From: Aliihoeflea sp.
GTDB lineage: Bacteria; Pseudomonadota; Alphaproteobacteria; Rhizobiales; Rhizobiaceae
NCBI GenBank assembly: GCA_046297455.1
Contig: JBKBIT010000011.1
Span: 33,913 to 97,912 of the forward strand
Reading direction: 5' to 3'
DNA: 64,000 nt
The notes under the pieces are model-generated. The model searched no databases. It was not told the DNA's origin and saw only the letters and a program-made list of their open reading frames with translations. This document shows, piece by piece, positions 58,154 through 64,000 of the stretch (the first letter of the stretch is position 1; each line of letters opens with the position of its first letter). The position numbers and the translations under genes are program-made.

Positions 58154-59309
58154 ATTGCACCTCCGCGACGCGCTCCGACGACGTTGTCGCGGCGACCCTC
58201 TTGCCGGCCGGATCGAACAGATGCACGTCGGACGGTGCGGCGGCGAGCTTGACCTTGCCGTCCACGGACAGATGCGCCACGTCCTGCGGGGCCTGCTTCA
58301 CGGTCACCTGCAAGTCGGGCTCGTCGAGAACGACGTGCAGGAAGACCTCCGGGCCGGTGTTTTCCAGAAGCGACACGGTACCCGTCACGCCCGGCACGGC
58401 GTTGGCCACCAACCTGAAATGTTCTGGCCGGATACCGATACGCAGATCGGTTCCAGGCGCCAGGTCAACCCGCCCCATGACCATGCCGGCGGGCGCAGTC
58501 ACGATGCCGCCCGCCCCGACCTTGCCAGGCAGGATGTTGATCTTGGGGCTGCCGATGAATTCCGCCACCCTGATGTCGGCTGGCTCGGCATAGATCCTGC
58601 CAGGCTGATCGACCTGCAGGATCTCGCCCTCCATCATGACCGCCACATGGGTGGACATGGTCATCGCCTCGATCTGGTCGTGAGTGACATAGACGAAGGT
58701 TGCGCCGAGGCGCTGGTGCAGCCGGGTGATCTCGGCCCGCATCTGCACCCGCAATTTGGCATCGAGATTGGACAGCGGCTCGTCCATCAGGAAGACTTTC
58801 GGATCGCGCACCATGGCCCTGCCGACGGCAACCCGCTGTCGCTGTCCGCCGGAGAGCTGGTAGGGCTTGCGGTCGAGCAGTTCCGACAGGCCGAGCATTT
58901 GGGCGGTCGCACGCACCTCGCGGTCGATCTGCACCCGCACCGCCGAGGAGCCCGGCACCAGGCCGCCGATGAGTGGCAGTCGATGGGCAAGCCCCAGCCT
59001 GCGCAAAACCAGCGGCACGGCGATGTTCTGGTAGACCGTCATATGCGGGTAGAGCGCATAGGACTGGAACACCATTGCCATGTCCCGGAGCTTGGGGTGC
59101 AGGTGGGTGACCGATGCACCGTCAAGGCGCACGTCCCCTTCGTCCTGCAGTTCGAGGCCGGAGATAATACGCAGGAGCGTCGATTTCCCGCAGCCCGAAG
59201 GACCGACCAGCGTCATGAACGCGCCATCGGGCACTTCCAGGGAAACAGATTTCAGTATGGGTTGCGCGCCGAGCGTCTTGCTCAGCGACATGATGTCGAG
59301 TGATGCCAC
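58146..59309 (-). CDS. CUT1 ABC ATP-binding protein (UgpC/MalK-like)
   Basis: [44 protein letters not shown] tail; GTG start at 59309 inferred. Confidence 0.92.
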   Translation of the reverse strand: MASLDIMSLSKTLGAQPILKSVSLEVPDGAFMTLVGPSGCGKSTLLRIISGLELQDEGDVRLDGASVTHLHPKLRDMAMVFQSYALYPHMTVYQNIAVPLVLRRLGLAHRLPLIGGLVPGSSAVRVQIDREVRATAQMLGLSELLDRKPYQLSGGQRQRVAVGRAMVRDPKVFLMDEPLSNLDAKLRVQMRAEITRLHQRLGATFVYVTHDQIEAMTMSTHVAVMMEGEILQVDQPGRIYAEPADIRVAEFIGSPKINILPGKVGAGGIVTAPAGMVMGRVDLAPGTDLRIGIRPEHFRLVANAVPGVTGTVSLLENTGPEVFLHVVLDEPDLQVTVKQAPQDVAHLSVDGKVKLAAAPSDVHLFDPAGKRVAATTSSERVAEVQYG

Positions 59310-59712
59310 AATTCTCGCCTGATCCGGTTGCCAAACATGGCTTGCGCCCGCCACCGATGGCGTGCGCAAGGCGTCGAACAACCGACCTGGCGCCCTGGAG
59401 CCGGGAACGTCCTCAGTAAGGACGGTCCCTATTCAGAGGCCGTGCGTCAGACCGGATGTCGTGGAACCTAGAGGCGCTCCTTGACAGCGCGATGAAGCCA
59501 ATATGATCGTTTTGTTGCAGCCAGATATCAGCTGGACAGCCCCTCCTGGAGCAGCGGCTTCGGGACCCGAGCCGGACAGGCCACAACCGTTGCCGCTTGC
59601 TCGATGTCGACATGTCCATCTTGCCGATAGGCTGGCAGCAGGCTACTCCTGCCGCCCGATCCTGCTGGCCTGGAGGCCAGCTGGGGGTCTGGAGGATTTG
59701 GGGGAATTTCGA

Positions 59713-60471
59713 ATGGAATTGCTGAAAGACAAGCACTGCCTGATCACCGGCGGTGCCGGCAGCGTCGGATTGGCATGCGCTCAAGCGTTTCTCGATCATG
59801 GTGCACGCGTCACTCTGGTCGATCTGCATCCTCGTGACGGTCTGCCTGACAGTCTGGCAGGCTTGGAGGACCGCGTGCTCTATCTAGCCGCCGACGTATC
59901 CGACGTTCAGTCGACGGCGAACTACATCGCAGGCGCTGTCGACCGTTTCGGCAAGATCGACGTGCTGATGAGCAATGCGGGCAATTTCGGCGGCGTCTCG
60001 CCGATCGAGACCTTTCCGGTCGACAATTTCGATCAGGTGCTGGCCGTCCATGTGCGCGGCGCGTTCCTGGCCTGCCAGCACGGCGTGCCGCATATGCGCG
60101 ATGGCAGCAGCATCATTATCACGTCAAGCGTCGCCGGCGTCACGGGATCGCCGGGCGTCCACGCTTACATCACCGCCAAGCATGCCCAGGTCGGCTTGAT
60201 GCGCAGCCTCGCCAAGGAACTCGCGCCCCGCGGCATTCGGGTCAACACGTTGCATCCCGGACCGATCGACAACAGCTTCCAGAAGGCCGTCGAGGATGGA
60301 TTCACCGCGGCGACCGGCCATGACGGCACGGAATACTTCAACAGCATCATCCCGCTGGCGCGCCATGCCCTGCCAGCCGAAATCGCAAAGGCCGCGCTGT
60401 ACCTCGCCAGCGACATGAGCAGTTTCTCGACCGGCACGTTGCATATGGTCGATGGCGGCATGAGCATCTGA
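59713..60471 (+). CDS. SDR family oxidoreductase
   Basis: TGGAGSVG, SNAG, YITAK, VNTLHPG, VDGG. Confidence 0.92.
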   Translation: MELLKDKHCLITGGAGSVGLACAQAFLDHGARVTLVDLHPRDGLPDSLAGLEDRVLYLAADVSDVQSTANYIAGAVDRFGKIDVLMSNAGNFGGVSPIETFPVDNFDQVLAVHVRGAFLACQHGVPHMRDGSSIIITSSVAGVTGSPGVHAYITAKHAQVGLMRSLAKELAPRGIRVNTLHPGPIDNSFQKAVEDGFTAATGHDGTEYFNSIIPLARHALPAEIAKAALYLASDMSSFSTGTLHMVDGGMSI

Positions 60472-60538
60472 TCGCGCCGCGCGACGGTGGGTTGTCTTCT
60501 GAAAAGCCCTCCCGTGCCGTCCGAAAAGAGCAAGCCAA

Positions 60539-60555
60539 TTGTCCAGATGGGACAA
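60539..60555. promoter_or_regulatory. Putative operator palindrome
   Basis: TTGTCC-AGATG-GGACAA in the intergenic region before the SDR-ABC operon. Confidence 0.4.
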
Positions 60556-60728
60556 CGACGCGTGCGATCAATCCGACTATTCTTCCCACAGCGGTGAAAA
60601 ATCACCACAGGTTGGCGATCGCCTTCGGGGATCGCCGCCGAACTGCCGGAGCGCGGCGATACGATTGGCCGAGAAGGTCGAGACGGGAGGCCGGCGCGCT
60701 CAGGATGGTTGCGAAGAGGGAGGAAGCA

Positions 60729-61547
60729 TTGGCGTCTTTGCAGAAGATGTTCGATGTCCGTGGCAAGTCGACAATTGTCACGGGCGGCGCCAGTGGCATC
60801 GGCCGAGCCTACGCGGAGATCATGGCCGAACAGGGTGCCCGCGTGTGCATCTTCGATCTCGATAAGAAGGGGCTCGACCAGGCGGTCGACGAAATGTCCG
60901 GGGCCGGCGGCGACGTCTGGGGCCAGCAGGTCGATGTGACCGACCGTCCCGGTCTGGCGCGCGCATTCGATGCCGTGGCCGAAAAGCATGGCCGCATCGA
61001 TGTCGTCTTCGCCAATGCGGGTATCGATGCGGGGCCAGGGTTCTTGTCGCCGGAAGGCGAGCGCAATCCGGAAGGCGCGATCGACGCCATGGATGAGGCG
61101 GTCTGGGATCGCTCCATCGCCGTCAACCTCACCGGTGCGTTTTTCACCTTGCGCAATGCTGCGCGGCACATGAAGCAGACCGGTGGCGGAAGGATCATCG
61201 TCACGTCGTCGGTGGCTGCCCAGATCAACGAGGCGATCGTCGGGACGCCTTACATGCCCGCCAAGGCCGGCCTCGATCATCTGGTGCGCAACACCGCAAT
61301 GGAACTCGGCATGTTCGGCATCCTGGTAAACTGCATTTCGCCGGGGCCGTTCATGACCAACATCGCCGGCGGCCGTTTGAAGATCCCCGCCGACCGCAAG
61401 GCGTTCGAGGAGCAATCGCTCATCGGGCGCATCGGTCACCCTGACGATATCAAGGGCCTGGCACTGTTTTTGGCCTCGCCGGCCTCATCCTACGTAACTG
61501 GCGCGCAGTATGTCATCGATGGAGGATCGCGCCTGCGCATCATGTGA
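60729..61547 (+). CDS. SDR family oxidoreductase
   Basis: TGGASGIG, ANAGI, YMPAK, VIDGG; TTG start after GGAGGA. Confidence 0.92.
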   Translation: MASLQKMFDVRGKSTIVTGGASGIGRAYAEIMAEQGARVCIFDLDKKGLDQAVDEMSGAGGDVWGQQVDVTDRPGLARAFDAVAEKHGRIDVVFANAGIDAGPGFLSPEGERNPEGAIDAMDEAVWDRSIAVNLTGAFFTLRNAARHMKQTGGGRIIVTSSVAAQINEAIVGTPYMPAKAGLDHLVRNTAMELGMFGILVNCISPGPFMTNIAGGRLKIPADRKAFEEQSLIGRIGHPDDIKGLALFLASPASSYVTGAQYVIDGGSRLRIM

Positions 61548-61619
61548 AACCGCGCATCTGCTTTAAGGGGGCGGGTGCGTCTGGGGTGCATAATCCCTTG
61601 CAGACTCTGGGAGGATGAC

Positions 61620-62918
61620 ATGACTAAAAGCAGTTTGATCAAATCCGGCCGTGCGTCTCGGCGCACGATTCTCAAGGGCCTTGGCGCTGGCGCCGCTGCG
61701 CTCGCCATGCCCTATGTCGCGCGCGCACAGTCGGCCGGCACGATCAAGATCGGGTTCGTCACGCCGGCAACCGGGCCGATGGCCCTGTTCGGCGAGACCG
61801 ACGGTTTCGCTCTTGATCGCATCCGCGCCCTGGTGGCCGATGGTCTCGAGGTCAACGGCGACCGCTACAATGTCGATATCCTGGTCCAAGACAGCCAGTC
61901 GGACTCCAACCGTGCCGCGGAAGTGGCCGGCGACCTCATCCTCAATCAGGAAGTCCACATGATCATCCCGGCCTCCACCACGCCGACGATCACGGCGGTG
62001 GCCGATCAGGCCGAACTCTTCGAGACACCCTGCGTGTCGACGGCGGCGCCCTGGCAGGCGATCATCTTCCCGCGCGGCGGCGCCGACGATCCGTTCGATT
62101 GGACGTACCACTTCTTCTGGGGCCTCGACGAAGCACTCAACACCTTTGTCGGCCTCTGGGAGACGATCGACACCAACCGCAAGGTCGGCATGCTCTTCCC
62201 GCAGAACATCGACGGCGAGACATGGGGCAATCGCGATTACGGCCTTCCGGCGCCAACCGAAGCCGCCGGCTTCGAGGTTGTCGTTCCCGGCTTCTTCCAG
62301 CCTCGCACCAACGACTACTCCGCTCAAATCGCACGCTTCCGCGACGAGGGCTGCGAGATCGTCGGCGGCATCGCGACGGTGGATGATTTCCGTACCTTCG
62401 TGAACCAGTGCAACCAGCAGGGTTACCACCCCAAGGCCATGACCATGGCCGCTGCGCTGTTGTTCCCCTCCGGAGTCGAGGCGCTTGGCGATCTCGGCGA
62501 GGGCATGTCCTCGGAGGTCTGGTGGACGCCGGCATTCCCGTTCGAATCCTCGCTCACCGGCCAGGTCAGCCGTGACATCGCCGACGAGTGGGAGGCCGAG
62601 ACCGGTCGCCAGTGGACGCAGCCTCTCGGCTACAGCCATGCCATCTGGGAGGTTGCTTTGGACGCCCTCAAGCGTTCGTCCAACCCGCTCGACAGGGAGT
62701 CCATCCGCGACTCGATCCGCCAGACCAATCTCGACACGCTGATCGGCAACGTGAACTTCTCCACCGGTCCGCATCCGAATGTCTCCACCACACCCATCTT
62801 CGGCGGGCAGTGGAAGCGTGGCGACAAGTGGCGCTATGATCTGAAGATCGTCGACAACTCCGTCAACCAGCTGTTCGAGCCGGAAGACCAGATGGCGTTC
62901 CTGCCCTGGGCGCAGTGA
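61620..62918 (+). CDS. Liv-type (HAAT) ABC substrate-binding protein with Tat signal
   Basis: SRRTILKG twin-Arg motif, IKIGFVTPATGPMA.FGE; GGAGGA RBS. Confidence 0.9.
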   Translation: MTKSSLIKSGRASRRTILKGLGAGAAALAMPYVARAQSAGTIKIGFVTPATGPMALFGETDGFALDRIRALVADGLEVNGDRYNVDILVQDSQSDSNRAAEVAGDLILNQEVHMIIPASTTPTITAVADQAELFETPCVSTAAPWQAIIFPRGGADDPFDWTYHFFWGLDEALNTFVGLWETIDTNRKVGMLFPQNIDGETWGNRDYGLPAPTEAAGFEVVVPGFFQPRTNDYSAQIARFRDEGCEIVGGIATVDDFRTFVNQCNQQGYHPKAMTMAAALLFPSGVEALGDLGEGMSSEVWWTPAFPFESSLTGQVSRDIADEWEAETGRQWTQPLGYSHAIWEVALDALKRSSNPLDRESIRDSIRQTNLDTLIGNVNFSTGPHPNVSTTPIFGGQWKRGDKWRYDLKIVDNSVNQLFEPEDQMAFLPWAQ

Positions 62919-62946
62919 CGGACTGATGCAGGACACCGAGGCACCG

Positions 62947-63675
62947 ATGAGCGCACCGCCATTGCTTGAAGGCAGCAATCTCGGCAAATCCTTCGGGGCC
63001 AACCGTGTCCTGCACGAGGTCAGCTTCGAAGTCCGCCCCGGCGAGGTTCTGGGTATCCTGGGACCGAACGGGGCGGGCAAGACCACGCTGTTCAACCTCA
63101 TTTCGGGGGATCTGCGTGCGAGTACGGGCGATGTCCGCTTCGACGGAAAGTCGCTCGGCAACACCCCACCCTACCGCCGCGCGCAACTGGGCATCGGCCG
63201 GACCTATCAGATTCCCCTGCCCTATGGCGGCATGACCACTTTCGAAAACCTGCTGGTGTCGGCAAGCTTCGCCGGCTGCAAGAACGAGAAGGAGGTCTAC
63301 GACCATTGCGCCGCGATTCTGGAGGATTGCGAGCTGCTGCCGCACGCCAACAAGATGGCAGCTTCCCTCACGCTGCTCAATCGCAAGCGGCTTGAACTGG
63401 CGCGCGCCCTTGCCTCACGGCCAAAGCTCTTGCTTCTCGACGAGATCGCCGGCGGGCTGACTGACGAGGAAGGCAAGGATCTCGTCGCGCTGGTGCGCAA
63501 GATCAGGGATGCGGGTGTCACGATCGTCTGGATCGAGCACGTGCTGCACGCGATCATGGCCGTGGCCGACCGCATCATGGTGCTGAATTTCGGAGAGAAG
63601 ATCGCCGAAGGCCTTCCGCGGCAGGTGATCGAGGATCCCGAAGTCAAGCGTGTCTACATGGGAGTGGAAGCATGA
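62947..63675 (+). CDS. Liv-type ABC ATP-binding protein (LivG-like)
   Basis: GPNGAGKTT, RTYQIP, LLLLDEIAGGL, IEH. Confidence 0.92.
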   Translation: MSAPPLLEGSNLGKSFGANRVLHEVSFEVRPGEVLGILGPNGAGKTTLFNLISGDLRASTGDVRFDGKSLGNTPPYRRAQLGIGRTYQIPLPYGGMTTFENLLVSASFAGCKNEKEVYDHCAAILEDCELLPHANKMAASLTLLNRKRLELARALASRPKLLLLDEIAGGLTDEEGKDLVALVRKIRDAGVTIVWIEHVLHAIMAVADRIMVLNFGEKIAEGLPRQVIEDPEVKRVYMGVEA

Positions 63676-64000
63676 CCTCTCCGTTGCTTTCCACAAAGCA
63701 GCTCAAGGCCTTTTACGGCGACTTTCAGGCCCTTTTCGGTATCGATTTCGAAATCGCTGCGGGCGAGATCGTTTCTCTCATCGGCGCCAACGGTGCCGGC
63801 AAGTCGACCTTCCTGAAAAGCATCATGGGCGCGATCACGGTCGAGCCCGGCATGGTGCTGCTGGACGGCCAGCCCACCGGCGGTGCGGCACCCCACAAGA
63901 TGGTGGCCCAGGGCGTTTCCATCGTGCCGGAAGGCAGACGGCTGTTCACCGGCATGTCGGTCGAGGACAACCTGCGGGTGGCCATCGACCACGCGGCTCG
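63672..64000 (+). CDS. Liv-type ABC ATP-binding protein (LivF-like), partial
   Basis: MTSPLLSTKQLKAFYGDFQALFG...IGANGAGKST...VPEGRRLF; runs off the window. Confidence 0.88.
   Translation, partial: MTSPLLSTKQLKAFYGDFQALFGIDFEIAAGEIVSLIGANGAGKSTFLKSIMGAITVEPGMVLLDGQPTGGAAPHKMVAQGVSIVPEGRRLFTGMSVEDNLRVAIDHAA

Noticed and set aside
59481-59507. TTGACA-N15-TATGAT promoter-like sequence upstream of the first SDR
   Set aside because: The 15-nt spacer is shorter than expected; unsupported without TSS data.
1-64000. CRISPR arrays, rRNA, transposases, phage or defence genes
   Set aside because: I saw no regularly spaced repeats and no corresponding protein motifs.

Overview
GC-rich alphaproteobacterial chromosome, most like Rhizobiales/Phyllobacteriaceae (Mesorhizobium-like) by gene content and order; this taxonomic call is an inference. 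About 1-51 kb is mostly core genome: eipB, glmS/glmU, a TRAP transporter, ccdA, tRNA-Lys(TTT), hdaA-perM/purM-purN, rlmJ, an Omp25/RopB-type OMP, uvrC-pgsA-moaDE, ndk, an ABC-F ATPase, holC-pepA, lptFG-lptD-surA and dusA. There are two accessory-looking parts. (i) A ~1.2 kb islet at 15.7-16.9 kb carries csbD and a frameshifted cupin and is bracketed by degenerate repeats; a RIME-type palindromic element and an unannotated 44-aa membrane ORF lie nearby. (ii) The 51-64 kb block holds a glucosylglycerol (compatible solute) biosynthesis operon gpsA-HAD phosphatase-ggpS, a Ugp-like ABC importer, two SDRs and a Liv-type ABC transporter. The most unusual sequence-level signals are a 19-bp inverted repeat enclosing the glucosylglycerol operon, a gpsA with no canonical start codon, a PhaR-like box upstream of it, the repeat-bounded islet, and a DctQ with a large extra membrane domain. 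I saw no integrase, transposase, CRISPR array, rRNA or defence system. Product calls come from recognising motifs by eye, not from database searches, and many start codons were re-assigned from the ORF track using RBS and homology reasoning.
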